A stretch of DNA of 63,869 nucleotides, filler included, from Reticulomyxa filosa (lineage: Eukaryota; Protista; Foraminifera), in assembly GCA_000512085.1 (NCBI GenBank). It is 13 parts of 13 records of this genome, joined end to end, with 100 filler letters (N's around TTAATTAATTAA, not from the genome) between each part and the next. Parts side by side here need not be neighbours in the genome. Positions count along the whole stretch, not along the records: positions 1 to 13,322 come from ASPP01003389.1; 12 more parts are not named here. One strand, written 5' to 3'. Under the pieces are notes generated by a model. It was not told where the DNA came from, did not search any database, and was given only the letters and a program-made list of their open reading frames with translations. Below, piece after piece: positions 1-12,700 of this stretch. Made by a program: the position numbers and the translations under genes. Each line of letters starts with the position of its first letter. The first letter of the stretch is position 1.

Positions 1-194
1 TTGCTTTTTTGATAATTTAAACTTAATTAAGACTTTAAATTGTTATTTTTTTACTTGTGGTGTTGATTGTGAGTGAGTTTTTGATAAATCTTGTAGATCT
101 TTTCCTTTGATTTTTGTTTTTATTTGAGTGTTCCAATTGGGACGAGGTGCTCTTTTTAACTGGGATAAGATCTCATTCTTGCTAAAAAAAAAAA
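1..194 (+). repeat. Poly(A)-tailed interspersed repeat, probable LINE 3' UTR/tail, copy 1
   Basis: ...ttaattaagactttaaattg...ttgattgtgagtgagttttt...gatctcattcttgct-A11. Near-identical blocks occur at 3990-4176 (+) and, inverted, at 1928-2115. Confidence 0.75.
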
Positions 195-195
195 G

Positions 196-1470
196 TCTCA
201 ATCTTGATGCCCACATACCATTGTTCAAACTCTTTTGTAGTTGATTTAATTGCTATTCCATTTCTTTCATCACTGGTGTAAATGGATGCAAACATTCCAC
301 ATTGAATTGGATCTTCAACTGTTTTTGCCAAATCATTGATGTATAATAGAAATAGTACTTCCTTTCAATCCAAATTCTTTTCTCGTCTTGTGCCTTAGCA
401 ATAACTCCGATGTATTGGAATCCTGCTTGGCATTGATACAATAGCTTGTTTTCATTTAAATACCACATCAGTCTCATTGTAATGATTCTTTCCAATAATT
501 TCCCAACTCCAGATAATAATAAATATTTGCTCTTTTCCATAGTCTTGAAACATATCCGGTCTTGAAACTCCAATTAAATAATATCACCAAAGAATCAATT
601 AATGCTTGTCCACCATTTTTGATCATTTGATTGTGAATATTATCTGGCCTTGAGCCTTGTGGGATGAAATATACCTTAATGCCTCGATTATTTCTTCTTC
701 AGTGATATCCATTTGATGATATTCATCACTAATGGATAACAACTCATTTTTTCAATTGATAATGCTCTTTTGGTTGTGGGGATTGAGAAAACCACGATAC
801 CGACATTTCCGCCTTATCTTTCCTGTTGTCGATTCTACCAATGCAGGATTAAATATAATTAGTAAATGATCCGAATATCATTATCTGTCCCCCAATTGCT
901 ACATCTTGAAATTGATTCAGAGCATAGTGTAATGTCAATTGATGACTTCTTTCCATCTTTTTCATAAGTATGATCAAATGGACTTGAGTTCATTATTTGT
1001 AAATTGTTGTTAATGATAAAATCCATTACTGATTCCATCATGCAGAATGATGTGCATTCCAATTTCCACCAATTACAATAAAATCTGTTATCTTTCTTGC
1101 CTCTTTGATTTCATTTTCAAATGCATCCAAATTAAAGCAGAAAATTACAGGAATAAGGTCAATTCCATCTTCTTTGGTTTTGCTAAGTTTATTTTCACTT
1201 GTTCCTTTTTCTCTACAAATTTCTTTTTCTTGCATTTCTTGTTTTTTGGATTACAGGATACAATATTGAATTACTTGCGTTGTCCTTTACATAATACACA
1301 TTTCTGAAATCTTGGATTTTTCCTGTGCTGACATTTTTCAGATGTGTGATTTCTCCTTCCATAATATTTGCGTATTTTTAAATTCTTGTAGTCTTTCGCA
1401 AAGTGATTCAGCTTGAAACACTTTCTGCATTGGATAAAATGTGATCTTGGACGCCGTCGATACTTGTCAA
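196..1470 (-). mobile_element. Degenerate, internally deleted non-LTR retrotransposon (gag zinc knuckles, AP endonuclease, RT)
   Basis: Minus-strand fragments occur in LINE order. Cys/His knuckle remnants lie at ~1240-1450. APE motifs are IVIGGNWNAHH and SSIDITLCS. The pre-RT motif KAQGPDNIHNQMIKNG and the RT motif LLSGVGKLLERII...QAGFQ follow. Many stops and frameshifts. Confidence 0.85.
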
Positions 1471-3000
1471 AGATTTAAAATATCAAAAAAAAAACAAATA
1501 AATCTCAAAGATTGTACGGCGAGATCAATCAACGGTTGCGAAAACAAATTTGGGAATGGTCATCAATAGACCTCAATATCAATCTAAATTGTTCCCATTT
1601 GTTGCTCAGATTCCAAATCTCAATCTTTTGTCGTTCAATTCATGATGAAGACCACGTAGTTTTGATATTGAACGTGTGGGAGATGATCTGAGTGCACATC
1701 CATCAGTTCTCCAATTACTAATTAATGGAAAAATAGACGTGATATCAACGCTTGATGTCGCATTGTCTTTCATGTATTGACAATGAAATCAATAATACTT
1801 TCAATCACATCGTCGATATTATGATTTAACCATGCAGAATGATGTGCATTCTAATCTCCTCCAATGAGTTATTTTCATAGCATATTGTAATTCTTGCTCG
1901 AATGCTTGAATATTGAAATGATCACACTTTTTTTTTTTAGCAAGAATGAGATTTTATCGTCCCAAAAGGGACACAGTACTCTAATAAAACAAAAAAAAAA
2001 GGAAAAGATCAACAAAAACTCACACAATCAACAACAGCAAGTGAAAAAAAAAATTTTAAGTTTTAATTTAATCTTTAAAATATCAAAAAAAACCAAATAA
2101 AATCTCAAATATTGCAGTATCTAGTTGTTCTGTGTTTGTCTTTCTTAAAGAATTTTTTTTATGATGCAAATTTCGATGAGTATTTGCTTGGGTCATTCTT
2201 GTGTCTGCATTTTGCCGTTTCATGGTTGCCAATCCGCAATACTTAAATACTTTGCGCTTTTTTATGCGTTCATGAACAATACGGTTCAATTTGTAGCATT
2301 TCTTGCATTACTTGAAATGCTTTTGTCGAATGGTTCCACCTCTTATCACAATCTCTTTCAAAATACAACTTTTTAAGAAAAGTTAATATTAATGATGAAT
2401 GTGATCAATATTAATCTTTTTTTTACTGATTCTACCAAGATTCCACAGCACAATCTAATGTCTATTGATCATCTTGATCTCACAATTGCAAATTCTTCTA
2501 AGAATTTGTTTATACAAATTCCATTTTCACTTATCAAATTCCATGTTTCAATTCTGTTTCTTGATTTTTGGGGATGATATTGAATGTGATTGGAAGATTG
2601 TCTGAATGCATATCTAATTCGTCATTATGTTCTCCAATTACTGCACAATCTTGTAATTGATTCGGAACAGATGTCGATTGATGACTTGGATCCACCTTTT
2701 TCATAAGTGTGGTCAAACGGGCTTGAATTTAGTATCTGGAGATGATAAACTCCAACACAGATTCGCCGATATCATCAATATCTTTATTACAACCTCCACC
2801 AATTACAATACATTCAGCTTCTTTGACTTCTTTCTCAAATCAACAAATTATTACCAGCATTCGTTGTGTCTTGTTGCCGTTTGAATGCTTCTGTAAAAAC
2901 TGCAGAACATTATCGATTCTTTTCACCGGAACGCTAATTTCGATCCAACATGACTATATCAAATACAAGAAGAAAACAATTCCATAAGATACCAATTGTT
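1471..3000 (-). mobile_element. Nested degenerate LINE fragments (APE, ORF1, 3' tail)
   Basis: Repeated APE motifs (GGD.NAHH near 1830-1865, SDHLP near 1680, HSDNLPITFNI near 2570-2615), a knuckle remnant near 2220-2270 and an inverted tail copy at 1928-2115. Confidence 0.75.
1928..2115 (-). repeat. Poly(A)-tailed repeat, copy 2 (inverted)
   Basis: T11-agcaagaatgagat...ggaaaagatc...aaaactcacacaatcaaca is the reverse complement of the 1-194 block. Confidence 0.75.
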
Positions 3001-3400
3001 AAAGTGATGCTGTCAAAGTCATTAGGATATTGAAAGACAATGACATTCAGATTGTATATTCAATGACGAAAGTGATAAAAAAATAAATCAAGACCAAAGT
3101 TTCATTTCAAGCAATGCAACAGATTGAACCATATTTCTCAAAGAAACATAAAGTATGTCTAATCACAAATCAGCAAATAAGAACGACCCAAGCAAATACA
3201 AATGTGTAATAAACATCCCAGCGATTCATTGCAATGTGAAGTGATTTGCAAAGCAAAAAAACAGCAGTATTAAACTGAAGATGCATTCCTGAAGAAAAAG
3301 GCATCACAAACAATCAATCAACAACAAGTAAAGAATTATTCTTATGCTGTCAAAGGACAAAGATCAACGATAATTGACCTCGAAAACCAAAAAAGATGAC
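2985..3400 (+). mobile_element. Degenerate LINE ORF1 (gag-like) fragment
   Basis: gatattgaaagacaatga..ttcagattg...atcaag.ccaaa...catttcaa.caatgca matches 39770-39850, where the ORF track shows a CCHC knuckle. Confidence 0.65.
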
Positions 3401-3829
3401 CAAAAGAAAGATCAACAGTGATCAATATGCAAGCAAATCTATTAGCAGTCCATTGGTATTCCAGAATATTAACGGATTTTATCAAACATAATAACAAAAC
3501 TTACATTAGAAGTTGCCCAATATTTGTTTATTGCAAGAAGTATTCAGAGAATAACATCGATTATAATTTACAGTATCTTTATGTAAAAAAAAAAATTCAT
3601 TTAAACATCCTTCATCATCGATATAAACTTTTGAAAAAAAGTTGTATTTTGAAGGAAAAAAATCACAAAACAACTGGTTACTGTATCTGAAAGAATTTCG
3701 AAGTTAATCTTCGATTATTATAAACGATTTTCGTCTTCAACAAGATTGAAGCGAAAACAGAAACAAAGACAAAGACACAAAAAAAATAAACTTTTCAAAC
3801 TAATAAGAAAATTTTTTTCAACTAATTTT

Positions 3830-4176
3830 AATTTTTGTTTTAGTTTCTAACTTGTTAAAAGAAGCGAATTAAATATCAATATTTTATGAGACTTCAACAA
3901 TTCGAAAACAATGCTCAGAGAATTCATAGGTAAGAACCAAATTGTTTCACAATGTTGATTGATCTCAACCTTTAATTTTTGAAATTTACTTTACTCTTTT
4001 GATATTTTAAATTTAATTAAGACTTTAAATTGATATTTGCTTGTGTTGATTGTGAGTGAGTTTTAACAAATTTTGTAGAGCTTTTCCTTTGCTTTTGTTT
4101 TTATTTGAGTACTCCTTTCGGGAAAAGGTACTCTTTTAACTAAGATTAGATCTCAGCTTTCAGCTAAAAAAAAAAA
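3830..4176 (+). repeat. Poly(A)-tailed repeat, copy 3 (longest, ~350 bp)
   Basis: Ends in gatctcagctttcagct-A11. Its 5' half (ttgttaaaaga...tatgagacttcaac..ttc.aaaacaa.gctcagag) recurs inverted at ~4870-5045. Confidence 0.7.
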
Positions 4177-4699
4177 GGAATATCAACGTAGATTTTGATC
4201 AGACCGTTGATACCACAAAGACTCCAGATTCCTGAAAAAACCCAGTAGCTCACAATTCAAAAAGAAAACACAGCGCGGAGTTGGTTCCAATTGGCTGCAT
4301 TCAAAAACTTTAATACTGAATGAAAATTAGACATAATTCAAGCAAATCAATGAAAAAAACATCCAATTCACTTTGTTAACAGTCTCCATAGACATTTGCA
4401 AGTTCTATAGGACCATAATTAATTCATCAGAGACTAAAAGCTCTGCAAGTCGCATTTGAGAGTCCAGTGATTGGGATACAACATACAACCTTTGTTTGCC
4501 TCGTGCGGATGCCTTCGCCTCCGATAATTTTCCTTTTGTACTTTGAAACTTTTGCTTTTTGTTTGCTATTTCGCCATGGGAGATATATTTGGACATGTCC
4601 TTCCCTTAGGTGTTGGCACTTTTTTACCCCTATTTTGGCTTGTCTGCCTTTAATGATGAAGGTGGTTAATTTATTTTTTTTTTTAATCTTGGTATAACA

Positions 4700-4860
4700 C
4701 CCTGCAAAACATTAAAGAAATTTGTACTTCTGAAATTGGTATTCCAGATGTACATCCTGATCAGAAGGAAGACTGTGATATTTGTGGATGGAAGCTACAA
4801 ACCAGATTCAGGACTTGGAGGAGCAGGATTGGTCATCCAAGATCCGTCAATCATTAAAAT
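4700..4860 (+). mobile_element. LINE RNase H domain fragment
   Basis: 4769-4849 translates KTVIFVDGSYKPDSGLGGAGLVIQDPS, the RNase H N-terminal DGS/GAG motif. Confidence 0.8.
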
Positions 4861-5099
4861 ACGTTCAACTAAACTACGGTTGTGAAAACAAATTTGGCTC
4901 TTCCCTGTGGAATGGTCAGTGGGAATTACAGGAGCAATTCTAATGCTCAACCGAATCCTCTGAGCCTTGTTTTTGAAGCGTTGAAGTCTCATAGAAATAT
5001 TGAAATTCAATTCACCTCTTTTTAACAAATTACAGCAACTAAATAAAAAATAAAATGTAAATACTTATTATTAAAGAAAAGCATCCAAATGTTGTTGAT

Positions 5100-6760
5100 A
5101 TTGCCATTTCGGCTTATTTAATAGAAAAATAGTTCAATTTTGTTCGCCATTCGTTTTGTGTGTTTTGTTTGTTATCTTGTATATATCTGATCTCAAGTCA
5201 TCATTATCTGTTCCCAATTGCTGCACCATCTTGAGACTGGTCAAATTTTCTGGAATTCATTATGTATAAATATTGTTAATGATAAATTCCACCACTGATT
5301 CACCAATATCATTAACATCTCTATCAAACCATTTGAATGATTTGCATTCCAATCTCCACAGATTACAAGAAATTCAGTTATCTTTCTTCTTTGAATTCTT
5401 TTTCAAATTTATCGAAGTCAAAATAAACTATTGCTGGCATTCTGATCATCTTTGTCTTGATTGTATCTTATTGCGTTTTTGAATGTTTCTGCCCGTTCCA
5501 CACCAAATTCGCTATACAAATTCTGTAAGTGATTCCTTGATATTCTTATTATTGTCTTCGATCGGAAACATTGCTGAATGAGACAAATATGTGGTTGAAC
5601 TACGTGGTGGGTTTTCTCCAGTAGTTAACTTTTGAATTAAGGCCGCCAATGTTGTTCTGAAAAATTAACATACTGCTGTTCATAGATTGATTCCCATTTG
5701 CATCTTTTCGATTGTTATTTGGCCTTTGAGCATATTAATGTTCTGCCATTTTGTCGGTATTATGTTTTTGTTCTTATTTTTCTTTGATTGTCGAGAATTA
5801 TGACTTTGCTTGTTCTGACTAACTGCTTCAGTATATGAATACTTATTGGTCTTATTGTCAGATTTCTTTTTAGTTTGAATTGACTGATAATGTGAAGCCT
5901 TCTTTTTCAGGAATGCATTCTCTTCTCGTCAATTCGATTCCAAGTTCTTTTCTTGTCTTTTGAATTACTTCACACTACACAATTACTTGGATTATTCTTC
6001 TTGCGCAATATACATCAATGCCGACTTGGATCATTTTTGTGTCGACATTTCGATGTTTTATAGTTCTTTAAACCACAACATTTGCAAGTATTTCTTTTGT
6101 TTAGAATTCTTTCGCAGTGTGATTCAATTTGAAGCAATTTCGACATTGCTTGAAATGAGATTTGTGTTTTGATTTATTCTGTCAAACAATGCTGCCTGTG
6201 CCATAGCGTATAAGTCTGAATATGATTGCCTTGAATGATCTTCATCAAGTCTTCATGTTTTTATAATGTCAATATGACCATCTGCAATTTAAATAGTTTG
6301 CTTGTTCAACTGAATAACCATACTCTTCCAATGTCTCTTTAATTTCTTTTACACTTTCCCGAACTTGAACATTCTTCAACAATACAATCTTGTTTAATTC
6401 AGTCATCTCCATTCGACAACGATTGCTTGCTATTAAATGTATCCCATAATTGTTGTAGATATTGTGTATTTACATTCACAACAAAGTGAACATAAATTGT
6501 CCTGAGATGCCGGATAATGTATTTGCAAAACACTTCTTGATACTTTATGCTTGTTCTTCAAACCAATAACTCAAGTGCTGATGCTGACTTAAGTTCTTTG
6601 GTTTGATCATCTTTCTCATCTACTTCAGTTCGCAAGACTTGAATTTGCGATTATTGTTCGTTTGTCTTCTTTTCTTTTTATTCAAATCAGGAATTTTATC
6701 TTTATCCAATTTCCTTTTTCTATTATTTGGATTCCCATCTTTTATTTTGAATTGTAGTCA
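5100..6760 (-). mobile_element. Degenerate LINE ORF1 and APE fragment
   Basis: SHFKQCRNCFKLNH knuckle at ~6110-6165. APE remnants at 5180-5420 parallel 870-1130. Confidence 0.7.
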
Positions 6761-6879
6761 AAAGTTTTAATGTTCTGCAAAGCCTCTTTTAAAATACTGA
6801 CCGATAAAAGCAGAAATTTTTTTAAGAACATAGTAATTAATACACACTATTTTTACAATTTTCAAAATATTCAACTACA

Positions 6880-7640
6880 ACTTCAAATGTTTTCAATCAC
6901 AACATGTCTACTTGGAATTCCCAACCAAATGAATTACAACAATTATTGTCAGTTAAATCGAATCAATTCGACAACAGTTGAAAAAAGTTAAAATCCAGTA
7001 ATCAACAAATGAAACTCTGATACTTATAATTTCCCCAATAACAGAATACCAAAGATTTATAAACTTATAGTCTAGCATATTCATTGGCAAAAAGTGCAAG
7101 ATTTCAAGCAGAATTTGATCAGCCTGAATTGTTCAGTAGACCATATAAATTGTCACTATTACTGAATTTCCACATATTGAATCTATTTTTCACATAAAAA
7201 TAGAATAGACATTGAACAAATGAAAGAAATGAAATGTAACCACACAAATGTCAACAACTCTCTTTACGCAATCTGATTGAAGTTCAATCACTGCAAATAT
7301 ATCTGCGTTCATGCAAGATGGAAAACAATATATTCGAGTGATTACAGGTAGTGAAATCGAATGTATTACTGTTCAAGATCAAAACAGTTAATTCATCATA
7401 TTGCAAATGAAGAAGAAATTGTGGAACATTTCTTGATAGAATGTCAACATTATCAATGCCTTACAGAAACTGGCGAACAACAATCAAAAATTTGTTGTCT
7501 CATTTTCAATTCAACACATCAAACCTGAGAAGTTTGTTGATTGGAGACAAGAATTATTTGACTTGCAAATTGTTCGATCATTGTAATGCGTTATTAGGTT
7601 TTTTGATCCACAAAACCGTAAATTGAAAAAATAAAAAACA
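6880..7640 (+). mobile_element. Degenerate LINE ORF2 C-terminal fragment
   Basis: EEIVEHFLIEC at ~7412-7445 is typical of the C-terminal CCHC of non-LTR ORF2. Heavily disrupted. Confidence 0.55.
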
Positions 7641-7717
7641 TTTTCGATCACCCATATATCTTGATAAGATGAAAACTACAATATGTTTTAGTAACGTGCA
7701 AACTCAATGAACAGCCT

Positions 7718-10700
7718 TCAGATGTAGAATTCTGCGTATTTCCGAATCTAGTTTGTCGTATTCCAATAGTTGTTTGCTGTTTGCAGAAACGAACATCCAT
7801 TCTCGAAACGAGTCATCAGAATTGTGTCCAAACTCAATTGATAACGAATTACTACTATACCGCTGTTTGATGTAAAAGAAGAGAAAATTGCAAAGATTAG
7901 CTTATCTACATGAAAATGAGTTCATGTATATAAAATATAAAATCATTAAAAGGTCACTTAACAATATTGGTAACATTCGAAATTTTTTCTGTTTCGAGCA
8001 CGAGAAATTGGGTTTTGGAAGAATTTCTGGAGAGCCCAAACCAATTCTTTTTTTGTGGTTTATTAGTGAGGTGAGCTTCATTCCACGCGCTATAGTCTTC
8101 ATCGCACAAATACAACATCGTCGAAGTCAGAATCACCGTACGAGGAACTAACCATTCCTTAGTTGCATCTGATTGGACACAACGAGTGTCTCTCCATTCC
8201 ATTTCGTCCAATTCGAATACTCCAAATATCGTCTGTGGCTTCACCAATTTGAGAGGCTGATAGAAAAGAGCATACAAACGAATATTGCAAGTGGCATCCT
8301 CGCTTTCTTCCTCGTGATGACATTGCGAGACCTGTTCTTCAATTCTTTGTAAAAACAATGTGCTCACATCTAATTCAAAGATGCCCTGTCCAATGTCAGT
8401 CCCTGTTTTGTCCAACTGCGCTTCGATGAGTTTTAACAATGACATTGATTGAGAGCGGTACCGCGTTATCAAAGTAAATTCACGCGACGTCCCATAATCA
8501 CTGTCCATGTGTTCGGGATCCGTGTTGGGTTTAAATAGCAGCTTTACAAATTGCAACTGAAACCCTTTGATTATATTTTTCAAATCAGTTATGGACCGAT
8601 AACAAACTAATTGCACAGGGACGTTTTGTCTCTTCCCATTGTGAATGTATTCGAGTCACACCCACAAACCCCCCTTTAAAATTTTCTTTTTTTTTTTTGA
8701 ATATATGAACGTGTGTATACGTGCGTGATTGTTTTTTTGTTGTGTAAAAATAAAAACAATAGTAAAAAAATTAACTCTCAACAACAAGATTGCAATTTTG
8801 ACACCATAGACGAAAACAAGACATTTCTTTTCTGTGTAGGGAATAACGGGCGGAGCAGTGCCCCAGAATGTTCGCTTGGTCTTTTGTTTCGTGGTTTCGC
8901 ACAACAATGACAATTCAAAATAATCTGCAAATTGCTTTCTCAAATCGTTTCGCACAAACTCATCACAAAATGTGGACACCACAGGAGGAAATTTCGACCA
9001 TATTTCTGTCAATGTGTCACTTTGACTCGACGAAGACCGAATTGTTTCTATTGTGAAATACAAAATCATGTACAACAGTGCAAAGTGTTTTATAAAACCC
9101 CTTTTGCAAAAGGACAACACAAAACGAAACACACACTGTTATTATCAGCTTTGGAGAGCATATTCAATGATTGTGAGTCGCTTTTTCTAGCTGAGTCTGA
9201 CAATAAATAATCGGTACGCTTGACAACCGATTGTCGCAAATCATCACTGAATTCACTTAAAATGGAAGACGATCCGCATGGATATGAGCCATTGGGGAAA
9301 GATGTGTCTTTTGCACTTGAGCATGTCGCTCTTGATATTTTGTCCTTTTGTAGCACATACACATATCAAAAACAATGACACTCTTTCTCATATGAAGCGA
9401 ATCATATACAACAGAGTGCTATTTTGTTTTTTTCAAATAACCTTAATTTTCCCTCTCTCAGAAGGGGAGACAAGATAGTCATCAAATAAAAACGATCGAT
9501 ATTCGTCGTGAATAAACACGCTACTCAACAACCACAAGCACTTTGTCCTATAATCATGTTCTGCGCTGATGGGGTTGTTGTCCAATCCCAAGCACTTTAA
9601 ATTAGTCAGTTTGGCCAAATTCTCAATGCTTTCATTTTTGAAATCAGATTGTAACGCAAGTCCAATGTCTATAGCATCGTTCAACACCCACACATACGAA
9701 CATATACAATATACACATTTTTGACATATGCATACACTTGGCCCCTCTCTTTAAAAAAAAAAGTGTATTGTTTGTACTCGACATAGTTTTATTTTTAAAT
9801 AGAAATGAATTCGTGTGTGTGAAACTTGTAAGTTCTGCAATTTCCACACATCACCAATATCTTCCACTTTGTTTTGTTGCAAATTCAAAACACAAACATT
9901 GGGGATAAGGGTATGAATGTTTTGCAGAGACCGTATGTCATTGGAGCGAAGATCAATATCTTTGAGTTGACGACAATGTTGCAAATGAGCAATCTCTTGC
10001 AAGCAATTCATGTTGAGCGTTAGCTTTTGCAAGTTAGTTAGCTGAATGAAGCACTTGTGCATAAAGCTGATGTTGCAATTGGTGGCTGTGAAATGGACCA
10101 ACTGAGGCCATGGAGTGTCACTCGAATTGGGAAAATGTACTTTTTTTTCTTTTTGCCTCGTGTTTCCTTTTCCTCTTTCGCTTCATTGCCAAGTTGTTCG
10201 TAGGCGTCATGCAACGCCAAGTTGTCCATTGTCATTACCGGTATATCATTGCCTTGCAACTCATTCAGTGCAAACTTTGCTTCCAAATCTAATGGATCAT
10301 TTCTTTATTTTTTTATATTTTTTATTTTTTTATATTTTTTATTTTTTTAAAAAAAAAGACAAAATTTTTTTTTTTGTGAAATAAACTCAATCAGTGGCTC
10401 CAACAAATCATACAACTCTTGAATGCAATTTTCCAAAGTAATATATTTTAAATGCTTTCGCAAGCGTCGAATGGAATGCAATCGACCGATTTGAATGCTC
10501 TTGATGGTCAGACCTTGCAACGAGGAAAATATATATAGATCCAATGGCCGTGCTTTTTTTTGCACTGTTCGATCGCTGCTCGCAACGATAAGTTATTTGG
10601 ATCAAACGCACCTGTGATTCCCAACATCTCGGTCACTTCTCTCTTTGAAACGATGGGAGGAGTTATGCACAAATGCTGTAGCCCCCCAAAAACTCGCGCA

Positions 10701-12700
10701 ATCGCGAAAACTTTTCCATCACATCGCTTTGCAAGCGTATCCTCGCCACACGACGAGGTGTGCTGTGCCATGTTTACATAGTCACATGCATGTGCCTATT
10801 GCCTATTGTCTATCCATTGATAAAGTGCAAACGGTGCCATGTTTCTTAACTTTTTGTGGGGATAGATCAAAGACTGCGTTGAGACCATATCAAGTGGATT
10901 TACTTCTTCCAATTTCAATTGCACGCCTGGCATTTTTTTTAAATTGTAATATTTGGATATATTTATATATACTTTTTAAAAAAAAAATACAACGTACAAA
11001 ATTCATTGCATTTATGTTCTTTCGCAAACTCATGAAATGCCTTGATTCCAAAGTTGCCCGGACCATAGATGTTCCCTTCTGTCCGTGAGTGCACTTGCGG
11101 TTCACTATTTTTTGATGATTGATTGATTTCTTGTGAATAACACGAAAATATATATGTATATACAATATATGTGCATATGTATAGTATAAATGTAAACGTG
11201 CAAAATCCAGTAGCAAAGGCGCCAATTCTTTTGAAGGAAGTGATCAAGAGCAGTTGTTCCGATTGTTGAAATACAAAGTGTGCGAATGCATCTTGAATGC
11301 ATTGTTGAATTTTGGCCTGCTTGTGTTTGGAAACGGAAGACTCTCCTTGTGCGGTAGGTTTCACATGAGTGTGTGTAACCTTTGTTCCGTGACCATCAGA
11401 TACTCCCACGCTCGATTCGCTAAAATTTGGGACGTATTCTTCCACATAACATAGTATTGCACCACGACGTTGGTTCAACTGTAAAACGAAAGAGTTTACA
11501 AAATGCAATGGCTTTGATATTTCTGTTTGTTTTTTTTTATTGTTTGTTTGTTAATTATGTACGTTTTGTTCCATTTCATAGTTTGTATTTATCCTACATG
11601 TAATCACATAGACCTCATTATTTGTGCGTGGCGTGTGATTAAACTCTTGGAAAAGTCTTTTGCAAACAACTCTGCTACATGTAAGCAGCGCAGCCTGTCC
11701 CAAAACGTAGTGCGATCCCAGGCAGTCCCATTTTTGCATATCGCATGTGCGCTCTGCGGAACAAGGGGTACTCCCATCGAGCTTACTGACGAGGGCGATC
11801 CAAGTGAATATACTGTTCCCGTTTCAATATCTCCTGCAACTAATTTGTATGTGTGTGTGTGGTTTTTTTTTTGTATCATTGTTTTGTTTTGAAAGATAAT
11901 AAATAAAAAATAATAATAATAATTAATAATGCATTCAACATACTTTCGTCGAAATTGAAGGTAGAATCTTCCTCTCGAACCACGCGACAGATTAACGAGT
12001 TCATACAATTTTTGGTAGACATATCTTTCAAATGGAGAAACAAATAGTGTTGTCCGACGAAAAAAGCGGGCGTGCGTATTTTCACCTTTGTTTTTGTGCG
12101 CTTTAACGCACATCCATCGAATATCCATTTTCTTGCGCTTTCTGCTGCTATATCCTCCCAAACAAGAGTGGACACGCTACCCGTGACCAGGTCCGGCAAC
12201 ACCACTTTGATTTAAACATATATTATAAATAGATTATATGTTTGATTAAAAAAAAAAATTGTCTATTGATTGCTCTATCCCTTTCTTCTTTCTTTCTCCC
12301 CCCCCCCTTTTACTAATGCTCAAAATGTGGTAATTAGTGATTAAGATAATTCACATGCCATATTTGTGTTCTGGAGTCTTCTTCGAATATCGAAGGATGG
12401 TCGGAGTGGACACGCCGCTGTAATGGGAGGCAATGCTTTTGCTGTCCGAAAAATCGCACGTCTTCTTGTGCTTTGGGGTGAGTAGGAACATGCTCTTGCT
12501 ACCCCAGCTTCCTGAGTTGCTGCTGTGCTGCTTGCTCTTGTTGTCTCCAATGTTCCTATCGCTTTCGTCTGTTCCACTGTGTTGTAACGACAACAACGTG
12601 CTGCTGCTCATATCACCTATCGCTTCGTTGCCTGCGCCTGTCATGTAGGACAACTCACTATATCCCGCTTGTGATTCTACTTCCATTCGATCCTCATTTG
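7718..12700 (-). CDS. Multi-exon gene: alpha-kinase-fold domain, Nischarin/STK11IP-like LRR and Nischarin-like C-terminal region (5' end may extend to ~13100)
   Basis: Alpha-kinase motifs: VEEYV, DAFAHF, EPQVHS, YGPGNFG and EHKCNEFC. LRR segment: PLDLYIFSSLQ...PWPQL...LQHCRQLKDIDLRSN...LGLDNNPISAEHDYRTK. C-terminal segment PRTVILTSTMLYLCDED resembles Nischarin. GT-AG introns; several homopolymer frameshifts. Confidence 0.75.

Noticed and set aside
10700-10900. Possible PX domain ahead of the LRR (VVWRGY in one frame)
   Set aside because: That frame closes immediately and the space is too short; the spliced reading gives no PX.
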